From the human T2T-CHM13v2.0 reference genome, Homo sapiens: a stretch of 64,000 nucleotides of DNA. Made by a program: the position numbers and the translations under genes. The notes below the pieces were generated by a model, which was not told the DNA's origin, did not search any database, and saw only the letters and a list, made by a program, of their open reading frames with translations. The stretch lies in NCBI RefSeq assembly GCF_009914755.1, contig NC_060930.1, one strand, 5' to 3'. Every line of letters begins with the position of its first letter. Within the stretch, counting starts at the first letter, position 1. Below are positions 1 through 13,530 of this stretch, one piece after another.

Positions 1-219
1 GGACAATGAGATTGCAGGCCATGAGAAAATTTCAGGGTACAAAAATGTTAAGGGAACTTTGCCATTAATCTGAGTCAATGTCCCATAAATGTATGGGCAA
101 TGTATTAGGAGGACAAAAGGGCAGTGTGGTGATTGGAAAAGTGGAAAGAATGTGTGCCCCTGTTTTTTTCCTCAGACCTCTTTGACTCTGCTGGCCCATC
201 TCCTGTAGAGTCCTGTTCC

Positions 220-1010
220 TCTCCCAGAACATTAAACATGGGGATTTCCAGGGTTCCTTCCTTACACCACTGCTCTTCTCACTAAACACACTCTGGAATG
301 ATCTCATTTACTCTCAGAATCTTCATTACCACCTATATCTCCCTTTCAGATATTTCCCCTGACAAACACATTCTTCATTCCAACTGCTGGTTGTATTATT
401 TCTGTCAATGAGTTTCATGGGCTGTTCAGTCTCAGTGCATGTCACATTAAAATCTTCATGGTACCAACTCAGCAAACTCCCATCTCTGTAGATTCTGTGT
501 TATCACTGTGCATCTATTTCTCAACTTAGAATTATCTGTGGCTCCCTCCTCCCCTTCAGCTTCCACATCCATTAGGACCTGACAATTTTACTTTTTATTT
601 CTTGAATCTTTGCCTTCTAGTATATGTCCAACTTCCATGCATTATCCTTTTTTTTTTTTCAGTAGCCTTCTAACTAGATCCATTCTCCACACAGCCACCA
701 GAATGGTGGATCTGAAATGTAAATCTTATTATGTTTCTCTCAGCCATAAGGTAAAGTTCAAATCCTTAGGGTGACACAAAAAGCCTTCCATGATTTGCTA
801 CTGACTGAACACTCATGGTCCATCCTGGGTGCTCCAGTTTTATGCAGCAGCTTCTGGGCCTCTGCACATAGCAAACTACTTTTCTGTATTGTTTTTTGTT
901 GTTGTTATCTCCTTGGACTTTTGTGCCATTTCTTACCTCTCCACCTACCTAAATCCTACAGCTTTTTAAAATCTTAGTTGAGATGATCACTTCCCCCAGG
1001 AGCCTTCATT
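220..1010 (+). mobile_element. Ancient LINE-2 fragments
   Basis: L2-like motifs such as 'tccattctccacacagccaccagaatg...aaatgtaaatcttattatgt', 'caaatccttagggtgacacaaaaagccttccatgat' and 'atcacttcccccaggagccttc'. Boundaries are approximate. Confidence 0.6.
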
Positions 1011-1054
1011 GTATTGATTTGCCATTTAAGTTCTGTTATCATTTGTCATTCATT

Positions 1055-1330
1055 TGGGTTCTTCAGAAGCAATCTATCGGAGGAGAATTCATGGAAAATT
1101 GTTAAGAAGCATTCCCTGGAAAAACCAACTGAGAAATGAGGAAGCTGGACTAATAGGGAAAAGGAAGCAGACAGATAAAAGTGTGTTATCAAGCAAAATT
1201 CTACAGACGGTAACTTTGGCTCAGTCTCACAGGGAAGCTCTGAAAAGAAAAAAGTGTAGGTCACACCTCAGAGTTGTCTTGATTGGCATGAAGGAGATGA
1301 AGTAGTTATAGTTCTGCTCCCTGCAGTTAT
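1055..1330 (-). mobile_element. Degraded ERVL-type LTR fragment (LTR16-like)
   Basis: 'gggttcttcagaagcaatct...gcattccctggaaaaacc...gaggaagctggac' loosely resembles an LTR16 end. Weak match. Confidence 0.3.
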
Positions 1331-2148
1331 TGTTAAGGGCTACCCTCCAGTACAATGTAAATTCTCAGCCATTTGTGTAAACAGGCAAATGTGTACTGGC
1401 TTGTGTGAGTGAAAGCACATTTCACAAGAGTTGCACAATAATGGTAAAGAGGTCAAGGGAGTAAGACTGGAGCATCTGTTCCTGGATTCAATTCTTGATG
1501 GTTCCATAATATTGCCATATCAAAAAAGTGAGGCTTATTTGGCTTGTCACAGCCTGGGAACACATACTGCAAAAGGGACTGTGGGGTATTTCAATAAGAG
1601 AGGATGGGAAGGGGCTTTTTATAGGGTTCAGGCTTGTGCTGAATGGGTCTCAGGAGGGCTTAGGGAAGTGGTCATCAGGTTTCTATTGATGCTGTTGAGG
1701 AGCAACAGCAGTTCAGCAATTGGATACCTCAATGATCTTTGTTTGAGAGGCAAAAGAATGCAGTAGGGCTGAGATGTCATTGGTGGGAAAGCAACAGTTG
1801 ACTCAGAAGATGTAGGTATAAAATGACTAACATTTGTGGACTTGGAGCTATAATGAAAACATTGTTTTCTATTGACCTTGCTCAGGTATAATTGAAAACA
1901 TTCTATTAGGAGAAGCACAGTTTAATTATCAGCAATGTTTATTTTCACTTTCTTATCAATCATCACCATCATGAGTTAGTCCATAAATCCTACTATACAG
2001 GGAAGATTAAACAACTAACATACTACTTAACTTCGGGGGTTTATGGTTTAAAGTAATTTCCTCTCAAACAGAAATTCTGACAAGCTTGTAATATGTCACA
2101 ATTGCTTTACCGGGTGCTAAAACACTCCAGTTTATATTAGGTGGTTAC

Positions 2149-2559
2149 TTTCATGCGCGTCCATGTGAAGACACCACCAAACAGGATTTGTGTGAGCAAC
2201 GAGGCTGTTTATTTCACCTGGGTGCAGGCGGGCTGAGTCTGAAAAGAGTCAGGGAAGGGAGATAGGGGTGGGGCCATTTTATAGGATTTGGGTAGGTAAA
2301 GGAAAATTACAGTCAAAGGGGGTTGTTCTCTGGTTGGTAGGTGTAGGGGTCACAAGGTGCTCAGTAAGGGAGTTTTTGAGCCAGAATGAGCCAGGAGAAG
2401 GAATTTCACAAGATAATGTCAACAGTTAAGGTAGGAACAGGCCATTTTTACTTCTTTTGTGGTGGAAAGTCATCAGTTAAGGCAGGAACTGGCCATCTGG
2501 ATGTGTACATGCAGGTCACAGGGGATATGATGGCTTAGCTTGAGCTCAGAGGCCTGACA
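2149..2559 (-). mobile_element. HERV-H 3' LTR (LTR7 family)
   Basis: The minus strand starts TGTCAGGCCTCTGAGC. It is preceded by the polypurine tract AAGAAGACAAGAA (2560-2572 minus). AATAAA lies at 2208-2213 minus. Confidence 0.95.
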
Positions 2560-3399
2560 TTCTTGTCTTCTTATATTAATAAGAAAAATAAAACAAAATA
2601 GTGGTAAAATGTTGGGGCAGCGAAAATTTTTGGGGGTGGTATGGAGAGATAATGGGCGATGTTTCTCAGGGCTGCTTTGAGTGGGATTAGGGGTGGTGTG
2701 GGAACCTAGAGTGGGAGAGATTAAGCTGAAGGAAGATTTTGTGGTAAGGGGTGATATTGTGGGGTTGTTAGAAGAAACATTTGTCATTTAGAATTATTGG
2801 TGACAGCCTGGATACGGTTTTGTATGAATTGAAAAACAACGGAATAAGAGAAGGAGAAAAACAAGTATTAAAGGTCTAAGAATTGGGAGGACCTAGGACA
2901 TCTAATTAGAGAGTGCCCAAGGAGATTCAGCATAGTTCTGCCAGCAAAGATTATTTATTTACTTTAAGAGTTAAGAGTGGCAGTTTGGGGATAGCACCAG
3001 GAGATATCAGCTGTGATGGCTTGGAGAAACAGTGTAAACAGGCAGGGTAAACAAGAGCAGGGCATGTATGAGTAGTTGAGAATGGTGAATAGGAGTATGA
3101 CTAGACAGAAGATAGGAGTTTTTTGAGGCACAGTCCAAGTTGGTCTGGAGTCTGGAATGAGACTGTGGCCTAATAAAAAGGAGCGTCTATACAGGAGCTC
3201 AAATGGGCTGTACCTTGTAGCCTTCTGAGGACAGGCCTGAATTCTGAGAAGGGAAAGTGGTAAAAGTATTGTCTAGTCCTTTTTAAGTTGGTGGCTGAGC
3301 TTGGTGAGGTGTGTTTTTAAAAGACCATTAGTCCATTCTACCTTTCCTGAACACTGAGGACGGTAAGGGATATAAAGGTTTCACTGAATATCAAGAGCC

Positions 3400-5480
3400 T
3401 GAAAAACTGCTTGGGTGATTTGACTAATAAAGGCCGGTCTGCTATCAGACTGTATAGAGGTGGGAAGGCCAAACTGAGGAATTATGTCTGACGGAAGGGA
3501 AGAAATGACCACGGTGGCCTTCTTAGACCTTGTAGGAAAGGCCTCTACTTATCCAGTGAAAGTGTCTACCTAGACTAAGAGGTATTTTAGTTTTCTGACT
3601 CAGGGCATGTGAGTAAAGTCAATTTGCCAGTCCTGGGCAGAGGCAAATCTCCGAGCTTGATGTGTAGGAATGGGAGGAGGCCTGAACAATCCTTGAGGGG
3701 TAGTAGAATAGCAGATGGAACACTGAGAAGTGATTTCCTTGAGGATAGATTTCTATGATGGAAAGGAAATGAGAGGTTCTAAGAGATGGGCTAGCGGCTT
3801 GTAAGCTACATGGAAGAGGTTATGAAATGATGACAGAATAGAATGGGCCTGTGAGGCTGGAAGGAGATATTTTCCTTGGTCTAAGAACCATTTGCCTTGT
3901 GTGGGAAGAGATTGATATGTGGAAGTTTCAGCGGGGGAGTAGGTGGGAGTGACCGATGTAAAGGAGAGAAACTGGCTGTGAGGGACAGAAGTTGGAAAGC
4001 TAGCTGCTTGTCTAGCCACCTTATCAGCATAAGCGTTGCCTAGAGCAATGGGATCTGATGCCTTTTGATGGCCTTTGCAGTGAATGACTTCAGCTTCCTT
4101 TGGAAGTAAAGCGGCCTTAAGCAGAGTTTTTAATTAAAGAGGCATTAATGATGGAGGACCCTTGCGTAGTGAGGAAACCTCTTTCAGCCTATATAACAGC
4201 ATGGTGGTCCAGAATATGAAAGGCATACTTAGAGTCAGTATAAATATTGATGCGTAGTCCTTTTGCAAGAGTGAGGGCTTGAGTTAAGGCAACTGGTTCA
4301 GCTTGATGAGAAGTAGTGGAGGGAGGCAGAGAGGTAGCCTCAATGATAGATGTGGAAGATACTATAGCATAGCCTGCCTTTGCTGGTGAGTGGCGATTAG
4401 GCCTGGTGGAACTGCCATCAATAAACTAAATGTGATCAGGCTGAGGAACAGGAAATAAGGAAATATGGGGAAATGGGGTGAATGTCAGGTGGATCAGAGA
4501 GATACAGTCATGAGGGTCAGGTGTGGTAACTAGAATAACGTGGGAGGCCAGATTGAAGTCCATGGCAGGAACAATGGTAATTGCGGGAGACTCAACAAAG
4601 AGTGAGTATAGCTGAAGGAGCCAGGAAGCAGAAAGTATATGCGTCAGGTATGAGGAAGAAAATAGATTTTGGAAGTTATGAGAACTATAGAGAGTGAGTT
4701 GAGCATAGTTTGTGATTTTGAGGGCCTCTAAAAGTATTAAGGCAGCGGCAGCTGCTGCACGCAGACATAAGGGCTAGGCTAAAACAGTAAGGTCAAATTG
4801 TTTGGACAGAAAGGCTACAGGGTGGGGTCCAGGCTCTTGTGTAAGAATTCTGACTGCACTAACCATGCCTAGGAAGGAAAGGAGTTGTTGTTTTGTAGAA
4901 GGGATCGAGGTTTGGGAGATTAGTCGGACATGATCAGCAGGGAGAGCACGTATGGTTTATGAGAATTATGCCAAGATAGGTAACAGATGAGGATGAAATT
5001 TGGGCTTGACTGAAGTAATGGGGGCTATCTGTGAAGCCTTGTGGCAGTACAGCCTACATAATTTGCTGAGCCTGATGGGTGTCAGGGTCAGTCCAAGTGA
5101 AAGCGAAGAGTGGCTGCAAAGGAATAGTAAAGAAAGCATGTTTGAGATCCAGAACAGAATAATGGATTGTGGAGGGAGGTATTGAGGATAGGAGAGTATA
5201 TGGGTTTGGCACCATGGGGAGGATAGGCAAAACAATTTGGTTGATAAGGCGCAGATCCTGAACTAATTTGTAAGGCTTATCTGGTTTTAGGACAGGTAAA
5301 ATAGGGGAATTGTAAGGAGAGTTTATAGGCTGTAAAAGGTCATGCTGTAGCAGGCGAGTGACAACAGGCTTTAATCTTTTTAAAGCATGCTGCAGGATGG
5401 GATATTGGCATTGATCAGGGGAAGGGTGATTAGGTTTTAATGAGAAGGTAAGGGGTGCATGATCAGTCGCCAAGGAGGGA
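3400..5480 (-). pseudogene. pol: HERV-H pol remnant (RT, RNase H, partial integrase)
   Basis: ORF 5054-5473 gives SPYNSPILPVLKPDKPYKLVQDLRLIN...VLDLKHAFFTIPL. It continues as SPHYFSQA|QISSSSVTYL near 5000 with no YXDD motif, which is deleted. RNase H motifs FIDGSS (~4410) and YTDSKY (~4235) are present. Confidence 0.85.
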
Positions 5481-5631
5481 GTAGAGGTGTCCTATACTTA
5501 TGGGTTAAGGTGGGGGGATAGAAGGGGAAGACGCAAAGGAGGCTTTGGATTGGGAAGAAGGGTGGCAATGAGATGTGGCTGTAGCCCAGGAATAGTCAGG
5601 GAAGCAGATAATTTAGTTAAAGTGTCTCAGC

Positions 5632-5850
5632 CTAATAAGGGAACTGGGCAGTAGGGATAACTAAAAAAGAGGGCTTTAAAAAGTGTTGTCTAAGTTGGCA
5701 CCAGAGTTGGGGAGTTTTAAGAGGTTTAGAAGCCTGGCCATCAATACCTACAACAGTTATGGAGGCAAGGGAAACAGGCCCTTGAAAAGAAGGTAATGTG
5801 TAGTGGGTAGCCTCCATATTGATTAAGAAGGGGACGGACTTACTTTCCAC
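5632..5850 (-). pseudogene. pro: HERV-H protease remnant
   Basis: SVPFLINMEATH...ITVVGIDG; the catalytic D-T/S position reads N-M. Confidence 0.75.
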
Positions 5851-6030
5851 TGTGAGAGTTACCTGAAGCTCGGCGTCTGTGATGGTCTAGGGGGCTTCTG
5901 AGGCGATTAGGCAGTGTCAGTCTTCAGCTGCTAAGCCAAGAAGATCTAGGAAGGAGTCAGTCAGAAAGCCTTGGGCCAGAGTTCCAGGGGCTCTGGGAGT
6001 GGCTGCCAGGTGAGTTGAACAGTCCGATTT

Positions 6031-7170
6031 TCAGTGGGGGTCTGCACAGATGGGACGTGGCTTAGGAGGAATCCTGGGCTGCGGGCATTCCTTGGCCCAG
6101 TGGCCAGATTTCTGGCACTTGTAGCAAGCTCCTGGGGGAGGCGGGCCTGGAGGAACACCTGGCCACTGCGGTTTAGGCGTTTGGAAGTTCTTGTGTGCTG
6201 GAAATATGGCTGGGGTTTGTCTCACAGTGGAGGCAAGGAATTGCAACTTGGAAATACGTTGCTACTTGGCTGCCTCTACTCTATTATTGTACACTTTGAA
6301 GGTGAGGTTAATTAAGTCCTGTTGTGGGGTTTGAGGGCTGGAATTTAATTTTTGGAGTTTTATTTAATGTCAGGAGCAGATTGGGTAATAAAATGTATAT
6401 TGAGAATAAGACAGCCTTTTGACCTTTTAGGGTCTAGGACTATAAAGCATCTCAGGGTTGCTGCCAAATGAGCCATGAATCAGGCTGGGTTTTTATATTT
6501 GATGAAAAAGAGCCTAAACACTGTCTGGTTTGGGATAAAGAAAAAGGAGCATTAACCTTGACTATGCCTTTAGCTCCAGCCACCTTTTTAAGAGGAAATT
6601 GCTGGGCAGGTGGGGTAGGGCTAGTTGAGGAACGAAACTGTAAGCCGGACTGGGTGTGAGGAGGGAGGTGATTAAAACATTATAGGATAGAGGAGTGGAG
6701 GCTGAGGAAGAATTTGGACCTAGCTCTGCCTGGCGAGGAGCAGCCTTGGGAGGAGGGGAGAAGTCAGATGGGTCTGTAGAAAAGGAAGATTAGAAAGACT
6801 CAGTGACTTTTGGGGTTGGGACTGAGGGGACAGGCAGACAGGAAAGAAGGAAGATTTGGGACGAGTTGCACTGGGCACAGAGACTAGGAAGGGACTGATG
6901 TGTAAAAGAATGCCTGGACGTCAGGCACCTCAGACTGTTTGCTTATTTTATGACAAGAATTATGTAGATCTTGTAGGATGGAAAAATTGAAAGTGCCATT
7001 TTCTGGCTATTTGGAACCACTGTCAAGTTTGTATTGGGGTCAAGGGGTGTTGCAGAAGAAAATAAGACACTTAGATTTTAGGTCATGCAAGAGTTGAAGA
7101 GGTTTTAAGTTCTTAAGAACACAGGCTAAGGGAGAAGAAGGAGGAATGGAGGGTGGAAGTTTGCCCATAG
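6031..7170 (-). pseudogene. gag: HERV-H gag remnant, fragmented
   Basis: N-terminal MGKLPPSIPPSSPLACVLKNL in ORF 7040-7342. Intact CCHC knuckle [14 protein letters not shown] in ORF 6031-6246. Multiple stops and frameshifts lie between them. Confidence 0.85.
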
Positions 7171-7593
7171 TGAAGGAGGCAAGTTTAAAGAGAAGGGTAG
7201 AGACACGGAGAAGGGGATGGGGAGCAGCCCTGGGCTGCAACATGGGTGAGCAGCCAAAGCAGGCGTCCCTGCAATTGACTTGCCACCAAGGGAACATGGG
7301 TGAATGATGAAGGCAGGCATCCCCGCAGAGATCAGATACCAATGAAACATGGGTGAATAATCAGAGAGGTGTCCCCGCAATGATTAAACACCAAGGGAAG
7401 GCTGCCTTCCCGAGTCCGTGACCGGCGCCTGAGTTTTGGGTCCATGGATAAAATGTGTCTCCTTTGTCTCTACCAGAAAATGAAAGGAATTGAAATTAAG
7501 AGAAGGGAGAGATTGAAGTGTGGCACCAAGATTGAAAGGAGAAAGAGGTTGAGGGATAGTGAGGGAGGTTGGAGAAGAGAGTAAAAAGAGGCT

Positions 7594-7601
7594 GCTTACC
7601 G
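7594..7601 (-). other. HERV-H leader splice donor
   Basis: Minus strand ...AAATTCG|GTAAGC, about 145 nt downstream of the 5' LTR. Confidence 0.7.
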
Positions 7602-7725
7602 AATTTGAAATTGGTGAGATGTTCCTTGGGCTGGTTGTTCTGAGGACCTGAGGTCGTAGGTGGATCTTTCTCATGGAGCAAAGAGCAGGAGGACAGGGGA
7701 TTGATCTCCCAAGGGAGGTCCCCCG

Positions 7726-7743
7726 ATCTGAGTCACAGCACCA
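7726..7743 (-). other. Primer-binding site complementary to tRNA-His
   Basis: Minus strand TGGTGCTGTGACTCAGAT versus the canonical TGGTGCCGTGACTCGGAT. The two differences are CpG-type transitions. Confidence 0.92.
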
Positions 7744-7745
7744 AA

Positions 7746-8158
7746 TTTCATGTGTGTCCATGTAAAGAGACCACCAAACAGGCTTTGTGTGAGCAACAAG
7801 GCTGTTTATTTCATGTGGGTGCAGGTGGGCTGAGTCCGAAAAGAGAGTCAGGGAAGGGAGATAGGGGTGGGGCCATTTTATAGGATTTGGGTAGGTAAAG
7901 GAAAATTACAGTCAAAGGGGGTTATTCTCTGGCGGGCAGGTGTGGGGGTCACAAGGTGCTCAGTAGGGGAGCTTTTGAGCCAGGATGAGCCAGGAGAAGG
8001 AATTTCACAAGATAATGTCATCAATTAAGGCAGGAACAGGCCATTTTCACTTCTTTTGTGGTGGAATATCATCAGTTAAGGCAGGAACTGGCCATCTGGA
8101 TGTGTACATGCAGGTCACAGGGGATATGATGGCTTAGCTTGGGCTCAGAGGCCTGACA
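7746..8158 (-). mobile_element. HERV-H 5' LTR (LTR7 family)
   Basis: The minus strand starts TGTCAGGCCTCTGAGCCCAAGCTAAGCC and is followed directly by the PBS. Confidence 0.95.
7864..7882 (-). promoter_or_regulatory. LTR7 core promoter: TATA box plus downstream GT/GC box
   Basis: Minus strand TATAAAA (7876-7882) followed by CCCCACCCC (7864-7872), the known HERV-H promoter layout. Confidence 0.75.
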
Positions 8159-8344
8159 GTTACTATCAGGAGACTTTAGGCAGAAGGTTGGGACTGACAA
8201 TCAGGTTGATGTGGCAGTCTGGTGCTCACTTAATACTCCACTACTCTGCGTGCTTGGAGGTGGAAAGAAAGCAAACAAAACATTTCTTTTTTCCAGATGG
8301 GCCACATTTCCAAAGTTATTTTCACTGGCTTATTGGAGCTAAAT

Positions 8345-8869
8345 TATCATTAAGGTCCCTGCACAAAACAGATACACTCAAATTGAGTAATTGGAAGGAA
8401 GTATAATAAAGGGGTCAGTTGAAAAGATGTGGGCAAGGAAAACCATATGGGAAGTCAGGAACCCAGAACTAGTGGAGACTGTTATTCCTAGGCCCAAAGG
8501 AGTAAGGGAAGGAAGTGGTGATAGAATCTAGAGACAGAACAGAATGTCTGGAAAAGGCAGGCTAACAGAAAAATGATCTTCATTCATGGGATAGAGCAAG
8601 CTGAGGTGATCCTCCCTCCAAGAAGCCAGGGGAAAAAATGCTCAGCTTTCTCTATCCCATGAATGAAGATCATTTTTCTGTTAGGCTGCCTTCTATGAAG
8701 AGCTGCCTCCTATGTCTTACTGGTGCTCTCCACTGGCCAATACAACAGGAAGCCAGAAGGCAAGGGGACTCTTTGAAAAGGTCCCTTCGAATCAGCCTCC
8801 TGGAACACAGAGCAGGATGGATCAGGGTGGAAGTGGATCTGAAATGGTAGATGGAAGAAATCTGGCACA
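8345..8869 (-). mobile_element. ERVL solo LTR (LTR33-like)
   Basis: 'aaacagatacactcaaattgagtaatt...taataaagggg' and the end 'gtggatctgaaatggtagatggaagaaatctggcaca' resemble LTR33. Confidence 0.55.
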
Positions 8870-9125
8870 GCCCATCTAGAGTGATGATAGAATTTTCTTG
8901 GCTGTTATGGATCAGAGGTCTCTGAATCTGCCTTCATCTGAATTGTCATATTTATGTCAACAAAGAAGAATATGAACCAAGTTGGCCCATGGAAAGTTTG
9001 GCAGTGAATAACAAAGTTCTGGGATCTGTTGCCTTTGACTATAAACTGTTCTGAAGATTGTTGGAATAGCTTAAAGCTCACCAGATTGCTATGTCTCTAA
9101 TTATAGGTAAAATAGTAGACTTGCA

Positions 9126-9147
9126 AAAAAAAAAAAAAAAAAAAAAA
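9126..9147 (+). repeat. Poly(A) tract
   Basis: About 22 consecutive A. Confidence 0.9.
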
Positions 9148-10269
9148 GAAACTTAGATTGTACTCATCTGTGAATATGATGACAACAAATGTACCTATGC
9201 ATTGCATCTAGTTATTTCAGCAATATTTGTATTTGGGCCATTTACAGTTGTTTATTAATATGCCAAGGGATTGCTCCACAGGTAATTCAATGATGTCATG
9301 GCACGTGAATTTGCCTAAAGTTTTTCAACAAACCTTGACATATCTAAGTAATGTCAAGATCTCTACAAAAAAGACACTTGTGCTCCACATACAAAATTTA
9401 GAGAATGCTGTTTTGAGTTGAGAGCTACATGAATGAAAAACACACAAAGAAAAAGCACTTAGCAGTTTTCTCATAGGCAAATTTCATTGTTAAAGTCTCA
9501 GAAGCAGTTGAGAATAACAGGAGGATGGTTGTTGGGGGGAGGGTAGGGTGCCATTGTGAACAGCTATTCTGGAGATCAGCGGTAGGTAAATTAGGCAAAA
9601 GGACCTGGGAGAACACATCTACCTGGAGCAATGTTGTCTGCATCAATATCAACATCACCTGTTTCTCTACCTATAGAGCAAAGGAGCAAAGACTATGCAC
9701 ATGAAAGAATGCTGATAAGCACAAAATGACTCAGGTGAAAGTCTCCTCAGTAACAGAGGGAATTTTTTTGAAGTCTCAGGACAAATACAGTTGCCAAATT
9801 TCTATAAAATGAATAAAATTCAATTTCAAGGAAAGATTGAAATAATTCAGTTTAGAGAGGTCAAGAATAAGGAGGAAAAATAAGTGTGACCAAAGCAAGC
9901 GATAATATGGAAACTGGAAAATAAATATTACTAAGAATTCAACAGTGTATCAGGCTTCTTTTTAGAAATATGTGGTGCATGAAATATATTATGGAGGCAT
10001 GACCAAAGGATAGAAAAGCTTTCAACAATGTTAATCCATGTTAGCCTTTGAATGTCATGTGACCCAGGGCAACTGTTTGCATCTATTTGGTGCCAGTTTT
10101 CTTATCTGTGAAGGCCAGAGTTGGAATTGTTAACCTTGAGAGATTTTTTTTAATTCTTATTTTCATTTTTTACCGTGTAGTCCATATGGTCAGTAAAGAT
10201 TTTTCCAATGTTAAATGTATATTACACTAAATAACCCTGTTTCCTGCTGAAGACTCTAATCTTTATTGA

Positions 10270-10830
<561 letters not shown>

Positions 10831-11361
10831 AATCACAAAGTATTCAAACACACTATTCTTTAACTTAGTCGTTAGTGTTATTCAAAGTAGATAACCTTTA
10901 GGTGTAATTGGTATTAATAATCTTATCATGATGCTGTGTAACTTTATGGGCTCTTTACATTTTATACAACTAAGGTGATCCTCTCTAACTTTTATTTATT
11001 GTACAGCTAATTGTGTGGTTTTCTTTCAGATGAGAATAGTATCCATTCTCAAATACGACTGTCCAATTATCACTCAAATGTCAAAATCCATTTCAAGTCT
11101 ACTACCTCTGGAAAATCTTTTTCTAACTATTTCAGTCCACATCACTGCCCCATTTTCTTATCTCTATGTTGTTCTTAGTCTATACTATTTACCATGTATA
11201 TTAATTATATAGTACTTTATATTTTATTTATCTGTTCCACATATTTGTGGTATCTTCTGTCAAAAAAATTGCATGTGCCAATGAAAAGGCAGTTTCATCT
11301 GTTATTTTTTAAAATCCTGGAATAATAAAAATACCACAGAATAGAAATGGTTGACAATGCA

Positions 11362-11364
<3 letters not shown>

Positions 11365-11402
<38 letters not shown>
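11365..11402. repeat. (GT)19 microsatellite
   Basis: Seen directly in the sequence. Confidence 0.95.
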
Positions 11403-11404
<2 letters not shown>

Positions 11405-11424
11405 CTCTCCATTGTATAGCCACA

Positions 11425-11610
11425 GTATGAAAATGTGAGCACTGGAGTCAAACGGCCTGAGTTTTGATTGAAGCTACCATTTATAAGCAGTGGATTTATG
11501 GGTAAGTTACCTAACTCTTCTAAGCTTTGATTTACCATCTGTAAAGTGGAGGTCATGGCAAAATTTAACAAACAGGTAAAGTGCTCAGGACTTTTTGTCT
11601 TAATGAGGCA
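11425..11610 (+). mobile_element. MIR SINE
   Basis: 'ctggagtcaaacggcctgag...gggtaagttacctaactcttctaagctttgatttaccatctgtaaagtgg' matches the MIR core. Confidence 0.7.
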
Positions 11611-13409
11611 TTTAGTCTTATCATACTCTATTCCAAAATCACCTTTTATATGTGGTTCTGTCACATTTTCATGAACATCGCTCTGGTCTTAGAACTGAGC
11701 TAGTGAACTGTGTTTAAGTGCTTGTCTCTCAAAAAATTGTTTTAGAGTGACACATTTCAGATGATCAGTTAAAGAAATAACTCTTTTTCCTACTTTTAGG
11801 CCTGTATCAATTGGTTTTAATATAAGCTACTAGCAGGAATTGCCACTACCTTCTGATGTAACATTTACTAACCTCCTGTTAGGTTCCAGATTGGCGTGTG
11901 TGCATATGTGTGTGTTTTGGGGAACGGCATTAGGTTTTTAGTAGATGAAATATGTAATGTGTAACTAGTTAATGGAAATGACATGAAATATTACTACTTG
12001 AATTTCTAGAATAGCTTTTTCTAAAAGGATTCTTCAGTGAAATCTTTGAAACAAATAAAATTAGAAGTAAAATATTATTAAAATAGTGTAAAATATGTCT
12101 TTTTTTAAGTGACTTTTAGGCATAGACTCAAGGAAATGAGATATTTATTTGTATTCAAAACTGTAGTGCGACTATAATTTGGTTAAAGAACTCCTAGAGG
12201 AGTATTAGTCCAACATATGTTAGAAAATAAGGGAAAGCCATTCTTTTGAGGACTGTGATTCAAATGATTTACAGTCTTGTCTTCATGTATTCTATGTAAG
12301 TATTGACCATTTAAAGTTAAGCCTTGAAATGCAGGGAGGATGGAGCACACGCCATCACATACTGTTGTGGTTACAGTAGTGGGTAACAAGCCTGTGCCAT
12401 AGATCTTCTCCTGTATCAGCCTTCTGTTCAAGTCAACATATCATTAAAAAGAAGATCCCCCAAAACAGCAAAAAATTTTTCATGGACTCCAAGATGAATG
12501 TAGCTTTCTTACCATATTAGAACTAATTGAATTCTAATATAATACCCTGTTTCTCTCATCTGTTCCAATTCTTGGGTATTCACATAGCAATTTTGGTCAT
12601 ATTTTGGTAATGATGTAGATTTATGGAGGCTCATAATAGATGACTCATACAAAATCTTTTTTTTTCATTTCTGGAATCCTCTTGGCATGACTGCCAAAAC
12701 TCAGCCACTAATAGAACATAAATATAGAGTGGCTATGTTTCTATTTCTAGAAAAAAGTGTAGTAAACTATAGTACTTAAGACATGGGGGTGGTTGGATTT
12801 GGGTATTTCCAAATCAGCAAAACATACTCATTTGCAACTTTTTAGGGTCATTTTCATTCTGAGTTTATCTTGGTGTTTTGTAATAACATGGCTGGCTTTG
12901 GCAATTCCATTTATATACACATTCTATATTTTTTCTTTAATTTTTTTCCTACTTATTCTTGGAGAAACTCAATTGGGTTCTAAGAACATTTTGAGAAATT
13001 TGGAAGTGTAGAGCAAATATATAAAACTTTAAAATATCCTTTTTATTAAAAGGATTTATTTATTTATCCTGCTGACAAAATTTTAATAGCTCTTTCTCCA
13101 AAACATTTAGCACTTGCTGTTTAGTATGTTTGCTGGGCAATATGATATTAAAATTGGAATTAGGTCTCATTTTGATATCTTGCAATGAAAATAAATCTTT
13201 TGTTTTAAGTAAAAGGAGGATCTGTTTCAATCTGTGAAATAATACAGAGAGCAAGGAACGTATTAACCTAAATATGTAAATTCAAATTTGCCATTAAAAT
13301 GTTTATTCTTAACTTTTTATCTAAACCCGAAAACAACCATGAACCAGATTCCTTCATTTTTGGAAATGGAAGAAAACTTGCTTTTTTAAAAACTGAGATT
13401 TATAATCCC

Positions 13410-13530
13410 TTCATTATTCACCAAATGCTTAAAACTGAGAGCCCGCTATGTGCCATATGCTTTAAGACCCAAGGATTCAGTGGTAAGCAAAACAGATGCA
13501 GACGCTGCCCCGGCCTCCTGGAGCTCACAA
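13410..13530 (-). mobile_element. L2 3'-end fragment
   Basis: 'ctatgtgcca...ggattcagtggtaagcaaaacag...cctcctggagctcaca'. Confidence 0.55.

Larger units (their letters stand above)
2149..8158 (-). mobile_element. HERV-H provirus, full two-LTR internally deleted (non-autonomous) form, 6010 bp
   Basis: Two ~412-bp direct repeats (2149-2559 and 7746-8158). Perfect 5-bp TSD GTTAC at 2144-2148 and 8159-8163. His-tRNA PBS and polypurine tract present. gag zinc knuckle, protease, RT and RNase H remnants present. Confidence 0.97.

Noticed and set aside
7230-7400. Three ~50-60-bp imperfect repeats (AACATGGGTGA...TCCCCGCA) resembling a short array
   Set aside because: As I recall, they are an ordinary part of the HERV-H leader. 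They are not CRISPR-like, and the context is eukaryotic.
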